Origin: Botryllus schlosseri
Lineage: Eukaryota
Length of the DNA: 64,000 bases
Reading direction: 5' to 3'
Assembly: GCA_051294905.1 (NCBI GenBank)
Contig: CM119373.1
Location: forward strand, 7,316,001-7,380,000
The notes under the pieces are model-generated. The model searched no databases and was not told the DNA's origin. It saw nothing but the letters and a program-made list of their open reading frames with translations. A program made the translations under genes and the position numbers. This document shows, in pieces, positions 38,761-51,139 of the stretch (position 1 is its first letter; each line of letters opens with the position of its first letter).

Positions 38761-39187
38761 GACCTTGATCAGTATGAGCTACTGTAGTCAGTTTTCAATT
38801 TTATGGTGGCTCAGAAGCTCAAAAGTATGTTTTTATTAAATCTGCGATTGATAAACTTCAGATCCTTAAAACTGAAACTTCAGATCCTTAATACTACCCG
38901 TGCCGGTTCAACTGTGAAGTCGCTCATGTACCGTTGAAAGCGTCGCAAGCTCACCTAAACATTTTGTAATTTTAACTAAACGTGTGTCCAGAAGTAGAGG
39001 CAAACTATTCAAGTACTTCAAAAAAGTAGAAGTACTTCGTTACTGACCACCTCTGAGAGTAACACGTTTCTATTTGTGGTGGTCAACACCAATATCAGAG
39101 AGAAATATCTCGTCGCATCAACTAGTCGGGAATATACCATAGAACTGTCAATTCAATTCTGTACCAGCATGAAAACGAGGTAAACAC

Positions 39188-39988
39188 TGTTTCTTGCTGT
39201 ACATTTATTATGGCTTCCATGCGCCATGAACCAGAGATGAGATAACAGATGAATCGGTCAAGCACGAGTAAGGCAGTCATGCACAGTAGGGCTGTTCAAA
39301 AATAACTTTTTTTCCTGAATCTTGCTGGTTACTTGATTAAATCGTTAGGTTGCCTTAAAAAACGACGCATACCAAATTTGAATTCATTCCGACAAATATT
39401 CGCGGGTTACGTAGAGTTTAAAAATTTTGGATTTGCTCAAAAACGCAAATTTTTTTTTTTTCAAATTTTTCTGCCAACCCCATGAAATTGTTGGGCTGTC
39501 TTCAAAAACTATGCAAAACAAATTTGACTCAATTCCAAGCCGTAGAAGCGGAGTTATTTCAGTTTTTATTCGATAATTCTGGGATTATCCTTGATTGGTG
39601 GATAATCCAACAATTATCACCGAAAAACTGGAATAACTCCGCTTCTACGGCTTGGAATTGAGTCAAATTTGTTTTGCATAGTTTTTGAAGACAGCCCAAC
39701 AATTTCATGGGGTTGGCAAAAAATTTGAGAAAATTTTTTTTTTGCGTTTTCGGGCAAATCCAAAATTTTCAAACTCTACGTAAACCGCGAATATTTGTCG
39801 GAATGAATTCAAATTTGGTGTGCGTCGTTTTTTAAGGCAACCTAACGATTTAATCAAGTAACAAGCAAGATTCAGGAAAAAAAGTTATTTTTGAACAGCC
39901 CTAATGCACAGTTGGGTAAGGCATGACGTCATACCTTGTTACTTTACAGGGAAGCATCGTCATAATACATACAATAACCCACGTAACA
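39188..39988 (-). repeat. 3' LTR, interrupted by foldback element K
   Basis: Matches 49703-49878 after removing 39287-39903 and one TSD copy; about 7 substitutions in 176 bp by manual comparison. Confidence 0.95.
39287..39903. mobile_element. Foldback/palindromic DNA element K
   Basis: About 300-bp near-perfect inverted arms with a ~9-nt loop; termini tagggctgttcaaaaataac; exact 8-bp TSD atgcacag. Confidence 0.93.
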
Positions 39989-39998
39989 TCCCCTTCTC
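39989..39998 (-). promoter_or_regulatory. Polypurine tract
   Basis: gagaagggga on the minus strand immediately before the 3' LTR TG. Confidence 0.85.
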
Positions 39999-40061
39999 AA
40001 AACATCACAAAATAATAGAAAACGAAGCGAACCGAATTAGGATATAAATTACAGCAACGAA

Positions 40062-40830
40062 TCAAGTTGTAACATAGTCTTGCAAGTATGCTGGTCGAAT
40101 AACTGTACGGCTTGGTCTGCTGCTACTGGAACCAGATAACGACCCATTAGTGCCGCTGTTCACTACTGCTGGTCTGGCAATCGAAATGTCGTCAAAGTCA
40201 AATGCAACATGCGGGCGAGTTACAGTAGTTCGAATAAACTTTCTGTTGCGTCGGTAGATCGTTCCATCTGTCGCCTTAACAATGTACGATCGATCATTCA
40301 GTTGCTTAATCACCACCGCTTCGAGCCACAAGCCATTTTCTGTCCTTTTGAATCGAACCTGTTGACCAGGACTCAACAGGGCGAGGTCTTTTGCACCACG
40401 ATTGTAATACTTTGCCTGTTTTCTTTTCCGATCCATAAGCGATGGAATGACATCAGAAACAATTTTCGGCTCAAGCAGTTTAGTTGCTATTGGCAACAAG
40501 GTCTTGGTGCGTCTTCCAAATAGCCTCTGTGCTGGAGAGCCAGGAACAGTCTCGCCTGGAGTGTTCCTCCAATCCAACAGTACAATATTTATGTCTTTTT
40601 TGTCAGTTGTCGCTTTACGAAGTAACGATTTGAAGATTTTGACAGCTGATTCCGCCTTTCCATTCGATTGGCTGTGTCCTGGAGAGCTGGTCACATGTTC
40701 AAACTCGTATTCCTTTGCAAATGCCTCGAAGTCATGAGCAGCATAGCATGGACCATTGTCAGTAATCAATTTCTCGCAGATTCCATGACGTGCCATATGT
40801 GATTTTAAGCGGAGAATAACTGCTGACTCA
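40062..40830 (-). pseudogene. Gypsy integrase C-terminal part (HHCC and first catalytic Asp deleted)
   Basis: LITDNGPCY...SNGKAESAVK...SPAQRLFGR; the frame begins abruptly at a deletion junction near 40830. Confidence 0.9.
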
Positions 40831-40831
40831 G

Positions 40832-43522
40832 AATAGTGCCTTTTATGGACGACGGTATGACAATACGATCACCATTCAGAACGATTTGATCCTGAAATGT
40901 CAACTCCTCTTTAAAACAGTAGAAATTTCGAATTGATTGGGGTACCAGCTTGGCTTCATTCGGCCACCCATGTTTTATAAAAGAAATTAACGTGTTCATG
41001 ACAGAATCAGAGATTGTTGCTTGGCTGACCATGCCGAGCGTGGAGCTTGATACCGGTATAGTATTCAACATTACGATATGTTTAATCTGTTGAAAGATAT
41101 CAAACACATCAGCAGTTTCTGCGTCTTTGGGTGACTTCGGAATGTACGCACGACTCAACGTATCCACCACAAATAATTGTGATCCAGGCTTGTATATCAC
41201 CTCGAAGTCATACTTTTGGAGCTGAAGTAACATGCGCTGTAACCGTTTTGGTGCATTAACCAGACTTTTCTTTGTGATGACTTCCAGAGGTTTGTGATCG
41301 CTTTCTACTGTTACAAAGCTGCCATAGACATATAACTCAAATTTTTCCATGGCAAAGAGAATAGCAAGCAATTCTTTTTCGATTTGCGCATAGTTGCACT
41401 CCGTTGTTGTCAACGCCCGTGAAACATAGGCAACAGGGTGAGAGTTTTGCAACACACAGCATCCTAGCCTCTTTGAACTGGCATCACATTGCAGTACCAT
41501 AGGTGCGTTTTTGTCAAAATATTGTAAAACTGGCGCGTTGATCAAGGTTTGTTTTATTTTCTCAAAGCATGTCCCATGTAGGATTGGATCCCATATGAAC
41601 GCGTTGTCTTTTTTAAGGAGTTCGCGGATGGGAGCGGTTATATCTGAAAGCTTCGGGGCAAAACGCTGCAGAAAATTTGTCATCGCTAAAATTCTCTGGA
41701 CGCCCTGCTTATCTGTTGGAGGGGGCATTTTTATGATGCCTTCAATTTTGCTCGATGAGGGTTTTAGACCATCTTTTGAGATGGTATGGCCTAAGTAGGG
41801 CACTTCAGTCTGCAGATAGCGTAGTTTCGCTTTATTCAGTTTAATACCAGTTTGTTGACAGCGTTTCAACAGTTCAAAGAACTTTTTCTTATAGTCCATA
41901 GTCGCCTCTTCAACAGTATCGCCCACACCGTAAATCAAGATGTCATCCGCGACAGGCGTGATTCCTTCCAGGCCGTCCAGCGCTATCTTCAGTCTTCTCA
42001 TGAAGTCCTCCGGTGCTGGGCTGATTCCGAAAGCCAGTCGGAGCCATCTGTAACGACCATATGGAGTACCGAATGTAGTTAGATAACTACTAGTATCATC
42101 AAGTTCTACATGCCAAAATCCATTTTTTACATCACACAGTGTAAACACTTTGGCATTGTGCATATATGGTAACACATCATCAACTGTCGGCATTGGATAG
42201 TTGTTGCGTTTTAGGGCTTTGTTCAGCGCCAGTGGATCCAGGCACAAGCGGATATCTCCAGATTGCTTTTTTACAGTGACCAGATTAGATATCCAGGGAG
42301 TATGGCAATCCACGGGAGCTATTATGTCAGCATCAACCAAACTATCAATTTTCTCCTTCACTTGTGCTTCAAGTGCCAGGGGTATTTTGCGAACAGGCAT
42401 TTGTACAGGATTGATAGTGTCATCAATTTCCAGATGAAGTTTACCCTCTAGCTTTCCCGTACCATTGAAAACATCCGAAAATTGTTCACATATTTGATCA
42501 AACTCCAGTGTAGCAAAATTGGCGAATTCAGGATCCTTCGCTGTAAGAGCTTGTACTGAAGGTTCCTCGATCATTATGTTTTCAAAATTGCTCGTAATTA
42601 GTTTCATCCTTTGAGCATCGGCGGAACCAATGATGGAAGTGTTCGGCTTCTCAACCACTACAAATTCTAGCAAGTATTTTTCACCATTCTTTTTATTGAT
42701 GATTTCCAACGTTGTTATTCCGAGAGGCCTTATCACTTCCTTATTATATACAACCAGTTTCATAGAAGTAGGTTTCAAGTTGAGCATTTTTGTGTCACCA
42801 GTTACATTCAAGTAATCTCGCCATGAAAGAACCTTTACGGTTGCGCCACAATCAATTTGGAATTTTACATACATGTTAACCAGGTATAACAGAGCAAATA
42901 TTTTCTTAACATAGGATTCCTCCGTAGCACTCACATGTTCAAACGAAAGAACTTCGTCATCCTCTTCTTCATCCGACTCAATGCGATCAGCTGATATCAC
43001 CATCACAGTTGCCTGACATGCCACGGCAAAATGGTCTTTTCCGTTACAGCGTGAACAAGTTTTGCCGTTAGCCGGGCAATATCGCCGACCAAAAACATGC
43101 ACCTTTCTACAAAACTTGCAGAGTTTGGGGAGCTCTTCCGATTGAAGTGTACTACCATCACATCCTCGATTCATTTTAGAGTCCCTTTCAGCAGCTGGCC
43201 ATTTCCTTTGCTTGTACTTATTTTGTATCGCATGAATTGCAACGTCATCTGACGTTAGAGTCATTTTTTTCATTTGCAGAGCAGTTGACTCAAACAATCT
43301 GCAGCTCGAAATACAGGAGTTCAATGTAAGTCCTGCCTCTTGTAGGAGTTTTCTTCTCAGCACAACATTGGATATACCACACACAATTTTGTCTCTGAGA
43401 AGCTCATCCTCCAAGGTTTTAAAATCACAGGTTTTTATCAGCCTTCGCAGCTGTTCGTAGTATGTGTTGAAAGATTCATTTGAAGCTTGACTGCGACTGA
43501 AAAAACAGTACCTCTCGTATAT
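40832..43522 (-). pseudogene. Gypsy gag C-terminus, protease, RT and RNase H (open frame)
   Basis: Gag Cys/His knuckles; FQIDCGAT protease; DVKNGFWH; VADD; LQCDAS; ELLAI; DHKPL. Confidence 0.95.
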
Positions 43523-44091
43523 TAGGCTTACCATATTTCGGAAATGAAAAAAGAGGACACTTTTTCAGAAATTTCAGACAAGCAAAACTGGAGAAGAATT
43601 CTCAAAAACCGGTAAATATTTTCCACTTCATGATCGGTAAAAGGTCATCACTTCCGCTCAAAGCTCAAAATCACGTTTTTCACTCTCCACATTGCCAGGT
43701 GGTTGACTAAAAAAAAAAAGGTCATCACTACCGCTCAGAGCTCAAAATCACGTTTTTCACTCTCCACATTGCCAGGTGGTGCCAGGTGGTTGACTAAAAA
43801 AATAAAAAAAAAAGGTCATCACTACCGCTCAGAGCTCAAAATCACGTTTTTCACTCCATATTGCGGTCTTCTTTTCGCTCAAACCTGAAATCACCACTTT
43901 TCCCTCCGAAATACCAGCCGGAGCTTCACTTCTGCGCTAATTTGCGGCATATCACTCGCAATTTCCGACATTCGAGTCTGACAGTCGTCGAGTGAGGACG
44001 TCTTGACAGCGCACGAACAGGAGACGGAGGATTATTACCTTGATTACTGTCTTGTTACGGTTAGTACTGTACAAGACAGTCGTATAGTAAA

Positions 44092-45207
44092 ATGGAGCAA
44101 GGTCAGGAAGTCATGGACCTGCGCAAACAGTCGCAAAAAAGGAAAGGCGATGATAGTATTGATAAGGATGATCCGACTAGCAAGATACGGGTTACGGAAA
44201 AAGTCAGGAATCCTTCTCAGGAGCAGCCAAAACACTTTGTTATCATATCGGGCAAAGAACGACAGATGAAGAACTACCTTCCTACGGCTGTCAACAGATC
44301 CCTGTTCAAGTTGATAGGAGCGTATAAGGAAATCAGAATATTCAGATCGGGAGATCTACTATTGGAATGCTACAACAGAAAACAAACAGACATCATGCTG
44401 AACTGTGATGATCTAGGAGAAGAAAACAAACGAATCCCTATCACAGTCAAGAAATTCCTTCCGGACCCCACAAAATCCAGAGCAGTTATATCGGGAGTAC
44501 CATTGGAAATTCCAGAATATGAGATCAAGCCCATGCTCACTTCGTACAACACTATATTCATCAAGAGGTTGAAGCGCAGATATAACGGGAAATATATTGA
44601 TTGTCAATCAGTTCTTATAGGTTTCAGTACCATTGAATATCCCGAAGTTCTACATATGGAGTATTTACGGTTTCACACCAAACAGTACACACCTGCCCCA
44701 AGACGGTGCTACAAATGCAATCATTACGGTCATCGAGCCAAACACTGCAGAGGATCAGCAGTTTGCTCCTATTGCGGCAGTAAGGAACACTCGCGAGACA
44801 AATGTGATAGCGACATGTACTGTGTAAATTGCAAAGGTACTCATAGTGCAGCATACGGCGGCTGCGCAGTATATAAAGAGGAAAAGTCCATTGAGAAGGT
44901 TCGTAATACGGAACATTTATCTTACTGGGAGGCTAAGACCCAGGTCCGAAAGAAGAAAACAGATCGAACGACCACACCCAAGGCTTGGAGCAACCCACCT
45001 GGAATTACCAGACAAAATGCCGCCGAAGACCGCATACAAGCAGCAAAAGATATGCAGATCGATTGGGCGCGGGTGTCCAACATACCCACAGCGAAAAATC
45101 CTGTTGCCAGCAGTCAGCGAGAAGATAATGACAATGAAATTATGATAATGCAGAGCCAAATTCTGATTGAACGCTTACAAACCCTGGCAGCTTCTACTGT
45201 ATCATAG
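44092..45207 (+). CDS. LINE ORF1 (gag-like nucleic-acid-binding protein)
   Basis: 371 aa with three Cys/His knuckles: CYKCNHYGHRAKHC, CSYCGSKEHSRDKC and CVNCKGTH. Confidence 0.9.
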   Translation: MEQGQEVMDLRKQSQKRKGDDSIDKDDPTSKIRVTEKVRNPSQEQPKHFVIISGKERQMKNYLPTAVNRSLFKLIGAYKEIRIFRSGDLLLECYNRKQTDIMLNCDDLGEENKRIPITVKKFLPDPTKSRAVISGVPLEIPEYEIKPMLTSYNTIFIKRLKRRYNGKYIDCQSVLIGFSTIEYPEVLHMEYLRFHTKQYTPAPRRCYKCNHYGHRAKHCRGSAVCSYCGSKEHSRDKCDSDMYCVNCKGTHSAAYGGCAVYKEEKSIEKVRNTEHLSYWEAKTQVRKKKTDRTTTPKAWSNPPGITRQNAAEDRIQAAKDMQIDWARVSNIPTAKNPVASSQREDNDNEIMIMQSQILIERLQTLAASTVS

Positions 45208-45343
45208 CTGAGGTTGTGCAAAAAGTACTCGCAGCCGCTCTTAACCGCGAAGAGGCTGACATACTTAAAATTATGTCTACTTGTTTAAGCACAGGTGACG
45301 TCGAACCAGAAAGTTTAATTTAAACGACTCTGGCCTAGTCATA

Positions 45344-48300
45344 TTGCAATGGAACTGTGGATCTATCTACCGAAAGTTACCAGAACTGAAACGATATATT
45401 TCGTCGCTTTCGCAAAAGCCAGATATAATTATGATACAGGAAGCACACCTTATACATAAATATCAGCCAAAAATGGATGGGTATTTACTTGAACGAAGAG
45501 ACAGAAATATCCATGGGGGAGGGTTGGCAACTTTTATTCGCGAGGGTTTGGAACCCAAAGAGATGCAATCTCAGCAAGATGCCTCATTAGAAACACAGAT
45601 CTTTAAGATAGGTGATTTCAAGCTAATTAACGTCTACGCTCCGCCCAGCGACCACGAAATATCATTTTCATTCCTAAAAGAATGCAAAGCGAAAACACTG
45701 GTTTTCGGAGACTTTAATGCTCATCATGAAACCTGGTCACACTTCTCGAACGAGCGGGGCAAATCCATCGACAGTGCTCTTAGCGAAAATAATTTAGTAC
45801 TTTTGCATACAACAAGTCCAACAAGATTGAACTTGGCAATCAACGCAAGGCGCAGATGGAGTCTGTTAGATCTTTCGTTCGCATCTTCAGATATCGCTCA
45901 CAGATGTACCACCTCTGTAACCGAACATTTCATGGGGAGTGATCATTGCGTCATATTGACATATTTAGACTGCAATATTGAACAATCAGGCAACGTAAAA
46001 ATTCCTAGATGGAATTTTGAGAGGGCGGATTGGGTCAAGTTTGCGGAAATTGCCGATGAACTCACAGCCATGAATACTGCCGATGAACTCACAGCCATGA
46101 ATACAAGTAATCTAACATTAAATGAAAGCGCCGAGCTCATCACACGCTGCCTGCTCCAGGCAGGATTGCAATCCATACCTTCAACCTCTGCAGCCAGTAG
46201 TCATGGCAAAATACCTGTACCTTGGTGGAATGAAGATTGTGCGAAAGCGCAGAGATTACGACGTGCCGCTTATCTCAAAATGAAACGAACATTCTCCCCG
46301 CAACATGTTATAGCATTTAAACAGCGAAGAGCTGCATGCATGCCGAAGAACAATCATGAGTGCGAAGAAACAGAGCTGGCAGAACTACTGTGAAACCCTT
46401 GGCAAACAAACCAGTTTATCAAAAGTGTGGGGCATGGCAAAAGCATTTACTGGGCGGCGCCAATCAGTATTTATTCCCGCACTTACCACGGTCAACTTGT
46501 TGCATCAAGTGACACAGAAAAGGCAAATTTGTTAGCAGACATGTACAGTCAAGTTAGTAGTGATAATAACTACTCCAGCACTTTTTCAAACAGAAAAGCT
46601 TACTTCGAGAAAAATACATTTGACTCGCTGCCACTGGAGCTGGAAAACGATGATGCGATAAACTTCCCATTCACTTTGGACGAATTGAAGCGAGCGATAT
46701 CAAAGAAAAAGCCCACTGCAACTGGGCAAGATAAGGTCAGTTATGAAATGCTAAAACACTTGAGCGCAACCGCATTGGAACAATTATTACGTTTATATAA
46801 TGACTCCTGGAGCGAGGGGACGGTGCCTAAGGCCTGGCTCCATTCCATCATAATACCGATACTTAAATCCGGGAAAACGAAGTCATCGGCAGCATCTTAC
46901 CGTCCCATTGCTTTAACCAGTCATCTGTCTAAGATAATGGAGACAATGATAGCAAATCGATTAAAATGGTATCTGCAACAGCATGATATATTGAGCCCCG
47001 TTCAGTCTGGATATCGGACAGGCCGATGCACACTTGACCATATTCTAGCACTACATGATGATATCTATAAAACGATTTACAATCAACGCTCCGCAGTTGC
47101 AATATTTGTGGACTTCGAACGTGCGTACGACACGGTCTGGCGCAAGGGCCTCCTGGCAAAAATTTTTGCCATAGGTCTACGGGGTAAAATCATTAGGTGG
47201 TTGTCGTCATTCCTATCGAAGAGAACCGCTCAAGTTCGTGTGGGAAATGATCTGTCACAGACATTCGATATCGAGACAGGCATTGTACAGGGCAGCGTAA
47301 TCAGTCCAATATTGTTTTTGATCATGATTAACGACCTTCCTGAATGTCTTTCCACCAAGAACGCTCTGTTTGCTGACGATCTTGTGTTTTGGGAGTCTGG
47401 ACTGAACATTACCGAGGTATCCGACTCCTTACAGAATGACTTGGATTGTCTTAAACAGTGGTGCGATCGATGGGGAATGAAAGTCAATACAACAAAAACG
47501 GTGTCAGTTGTCTTTAGCAACAAAAGGAAAATACCAAATCTCCAATTTAAATACAGTGGTCAGAACATAGCGACAGCAGAATCGGCAAAGTACCTCGGAA
47601 TTACCTTCGACAAGAGGTTATCATATAAACTACATGTTGAATCTGTTTTACATAAATGCACTGCTCGAATTAACTTTCTGCGGATGATTTCAGGAACCTC
47701 TTGGGGAGCTGCAAAAGAAACTATGCTAACCCTGTATCGTACTCTTATTCGATCTATAATTGAATATGGAATTGAGGCATTTCATTTTGGTCACCGACGA
47801 TATCTAGAAAAAGTCGAGCGTCTACAAAACAACGCGCTGCGGCTTTGTTGCGGAGGGATGAGGAGCACCCCAATTATTTCTATACTGTCTGCGTGTGGGG
47901 AAATGCCACTGGACCTACGACACAGGTATTTATGTATGAAATTCAGATCCAAGGTGAATGCTGATTTGCAGCACCCGTGGCGAGAGCAGCTTCTCCAATT
48001 ATCGTGGGAGGAACAATGGCCGAAAAGAAAGCAATTCGTTTGCTTCAATCAAATTACATATCGACCGAATTGCGACGAAAGTGGAAATGGTCTGTTGCGG
48101 TTGAGTAAAATAACCCATCCACCTTGGACGTTGCGTCGAGCACGTATAGATTTAACATTGACGAGTCTGCAGTTTAAAGAATGTTCCTCTTTGTTACCGC
48201 TAATCAATGAACATATCTGTAGACGATTCCCGGGATACTTGCAGATTTTCACTGACGGATCAAAAACTACGACGGGTGCTGCGGCGGCGTTTTATGTATC

Positions 48301-49075
48301 GCGAACTATCAACGGTGCAACCACTATCATAAAGGAATCGAGTTCCTTCACTGCAGAATTGGTGGGAATAAGCTTAGCTCTACAATGGGCTGTGGAAAAC
48401 AGCAATACGAATATACTGATACTCGTGGACTGCTTGAGCGCAATTCAAGCGATTGACAATGTGTATGGGCGATCCCATCACCTCGTCGCACCAATTTTAC
48501 AGACGATCCATCGGATATCGGAGGCAGGATACGAGATCGCTATTGTTTGGATACCTGGTCATTATCGAATTCCCGGGAATGAAAAGGCAGATGAATTGGC
48601 CAGACGAGCGAGTCAAGCCAGTGTGCAAACGACTGAATTCAAACCTTCCGTACGAGACATTGCTGCTTCGCGTCGGAAGGCGTGCATCGAGCTATGGAAT
48701 AACCGCTATTTACAATCGGATAAGTCACAGCAATATAAGGAATGTTTTCCCACCGTATACCACAGAGCAGACGTGAATGGCCTACCGAAAAGGTATCAAG
48801 CGATTACGTTCCGACTACAATCCGGACATTGTGGACTAAAAGCACATCTATTCAAATTGGGAATAGCAGATTCAGCCAATTGCTCAACGTGCCGCCAAGA
48901 AGAGAGTGTCACCCATTATTTATTCACGTGTCGAAATTATAGACACCAGAGAAGAGTTCTCGAGGACACGTGTCGGAGGAAGAATATCGCTCCCACCGTA
49001 ACAAACTTTTTGACTGACACGCATATTTTTCCATACGTTGTGGAGTTCGTTCTCGCAACGAAGCCATATATTTGA
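45344..49075 (+). pseudogene. LINE ORF2: AP endonuclease, RT, RNase H and C-terminal Cys/His motif; one stop inside compensating frameshifts
   Basis: QWNC, GDFNAH, SDH; SYRPIAL, QGSVISP, FADD; FTDGS, WIPGH...GNEKAD; CSTC...HYLFTC. Stop codon at 46391. Confidence 0.93.
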
Positions 49076-49334
49076 GTGTATATTTTGTAATGCAATACCC
49101 ACCCCTTGATGATAAATGACTTTTTGGATATGGCGAACAAAACCACTTGCGTTATAATCGCCAATCAAATAATAATCAACAACAACAACTCGCAATTTCC
49201 TCTAAATCTGACCTAAATTTTAAAAAGAGGACAAAATCTCAAAAAAGAGGACAAAAGGGCGTCCTCCGAGGACACTTTCAAAAAAGTCAAAAAAGAGGAC
49301 AAATCCTCTTAAAAGCGGACGTATGGTAAGCCTA

Positions 49335-49621
49335 TCGTATATAATGTTGATCTTCCCAACACAGCGCTCCTCCATTTTCTTCAATACGACTGGGTAACTC
49401 TTGGCGTCATCTTCTGATAAAGTAATGCCATCATAGACATCACAACCAGCTGGTCCAAGAGCCGCTTTGAGAGCCGCAATACGAATGGAATGTTCCTCGT
49501 TATTGAGTTTTGTAGCCACTTCATAATTCTCATAATGGCGCTTCCAGTTCTTCCAGTTGGTGGCCAAATCACCAGAGACAGTTAAAGGACCCGGATGGGG
49601 TATCACATATCTTAGATCCAT
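49335..49621 (-). pseudogene. Gypsy gag N-terminus
   Basis: MDLRY...GDLATNWKNWKRHYENY...; in frame with 43514 downward once J2 is removed. Confidence 0.9.
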
Positions 49622-49689
49622 AGAGTTAGATAAGATGATAAATCTTTATGTCGAGCTAATGACAGATTTAGAGCTCGCGAGTTCAGTTA

Positions 49690-49702
49690 TCTTCTGACAC
49701 CA
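49690..49702 (-). promoter_or_regulatory. Primer-binding site (probably tRNA-Leu)
   Basis: tggtgtcagaaga immediately inside the 5' LTR, complementary to the ...CUUCUGACACCA 3' end of metazoan tRNA-Leu. Confidence 0.85.
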
Positions 49703-49878
49703 TGTTTCTTGCTGTACATTTATTATGGCTTCCATGTGCCATCAACCAGAGATGAGATAAGAGATGAAGCGGTCAAGCACGAGTAAGGCAGTCATGCACA
49801 GTTGGGTAAGGCATGACGTCATACCTTGCTACTTTACAGGGAATCATCATCATAATACATACAATAACCCACGTAACA
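49703..49878 (-). repeat. 5' LTR (176 bp)
   Basis: TGTTACG...GAAACA on the minus strand; matches the 3' LTR. Confidence 0.95.
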
Positions 49879-50249
49879 ACTACTTCCATCCTAAAGAAAT
49901 GGTGCTGAGACTATCTAAACTTAGTCATTTATTATTGGTTCAAAACACTGGAAGAGTAGGATTTGACGTGATAAGTACGTAAAAATGCCGGCCAGGTCCC
50001 GCTTTAGTACGAAGACCGGAATATCTAAGGGATGAGAAGTATAGGAAACATCATGCTGATCTCACAAATATACTTTTGATACTCCGTGACTCGATTAAAG
50101 GAGACAACATCAAAAGAGTCCTCGCAGCCAGTTACAGTATCGGTGATAAATCCACAGATTTCGTCACTTGTACAGTTGGAGCTACGGCGGAAAAGAAGGT
50201 GTTGAGAATTAAGATTCAGTCGTTTCCCAAATAACGTCATCGTTATAGC

Positions 50250-51120
50250 TGGGATGTCATTTGTTGTAGATTTCATACTCCATGAGTCTTCTCGTCGACT
50301 GCGAATTGGGTACTATTACAAACGGCGAATGTGCCTGTCCACTGTCCAGCTGGAATCGGCGATGGCTCTTGCAAGCAGTTAGCCGGTTTCGCCCACATGT
50401 TGATCCACCTCTTGCACTTGGTGGATTGATATGTAAAAAAATCCATACATCAAAACCAAGTGAGGTTATGGAAGCATCAAAGGAAGCGTCGATTAATCTC
50501 GTCAAATTGTGGTGCAATATTCAATGCAAATAAATGAAGAAATATGGAGAGCTTTATGGAAAAGCTGTTGAATCCGATCGGTAACTGATTATTTGTTTGC
50601 AGAAGTGATGCCATATTAAATAATACGTTAATATAATTTCTATATAATGATATGCATGTCATTTGGAAATGCAAAAGATTTATATCGTATTTAACAGAAT
50701 TCCACACCGAGCCATACTGTTGTATGGTGGGACCATGAAACATGCCGCCATTGAAGCTCTTGATAATATCACTCGCCGATCGGTGGAACTGTGGGGACTC
50801 TTCATGAACAAACAATACGATTTCTCGGGGGCAACGCCTGACGGCACCACTGACAACGGGACCGCGTTAGTGGAAGATGAATACCCGTGGTCGTGCAGAG
50901 AATGCGGAATAATGCCGCGAAAATTGCCATATCTGGTCCGATATGACCAAGGCGGCATGATGCTAAAATCCTACACTCCTTCATACATCTCCTGTCGAAC
51001 CCCTATATATGCATCCCCAAATACTATTAACTTACATTATGTCCTGCTCACAAATACATGGACCACTGATTCTACTGACACGCTTTGGCCTCTCGATTCA
51101 ATTAGTCATAATTACGTAGC
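50250..51120 (+). pseudogene. SWIM plus YqaJ nuclease relic, copy 3
   Basis: GTITNGECACP; AILLYG...VELWGLFMNKQYDFSGATPDG...LVEDEYPWS. Confidence 0.7.
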
Positions 51121-51139
51121 ACAGTGGTTATTTATACAC

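Larger units (their letters stand above)
43967..49187 (+). mobile_element. Full-length I-group (Nimb/I-like) LINE
   Basis: TSD actcgcaatttcc (43954-43966, 49188-49200); (aat)n(caa)n 3' tail; ORF1 and ORF2 as listed. Confidence 0.95.
43523..49334. mobile_element. hAT-type element J, copy 2, inserted in gag and expanded by a LINE
   Basis: TIR taggcttaccata / tatggtaagccta; exact TSD tcgtatat. Removing it restores ...KINIIYERYCFF... in frame. Confidence 0.95.
39188..49878 (-). mobile_element. Ty3/Gypsy (Mag-like) LTR retrotransposon with nested insertions
   Basis: Two 176-bp TG...CA LTRs, PBS, PPT and a single gag-PR-RT-RH-INT frame. Flanks aacac/actac are only a partial TSD. Confidence 0.95.

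Noticed and set aside
17782-39055. cagaggtggtca (17782) and tgaccacctctg (39055) as ends of one giant element
   Set aside because: The flanking 8-mers (ctaatttg / agagtaac) do not match; these are more likely independent fragments.
41511-48942. Antisense or alternative-frame ORFs overlapping Gypsy pol and LINE ORF2
   Set aside because: They are shadow ORFs of long coding regions with no independent motifs.
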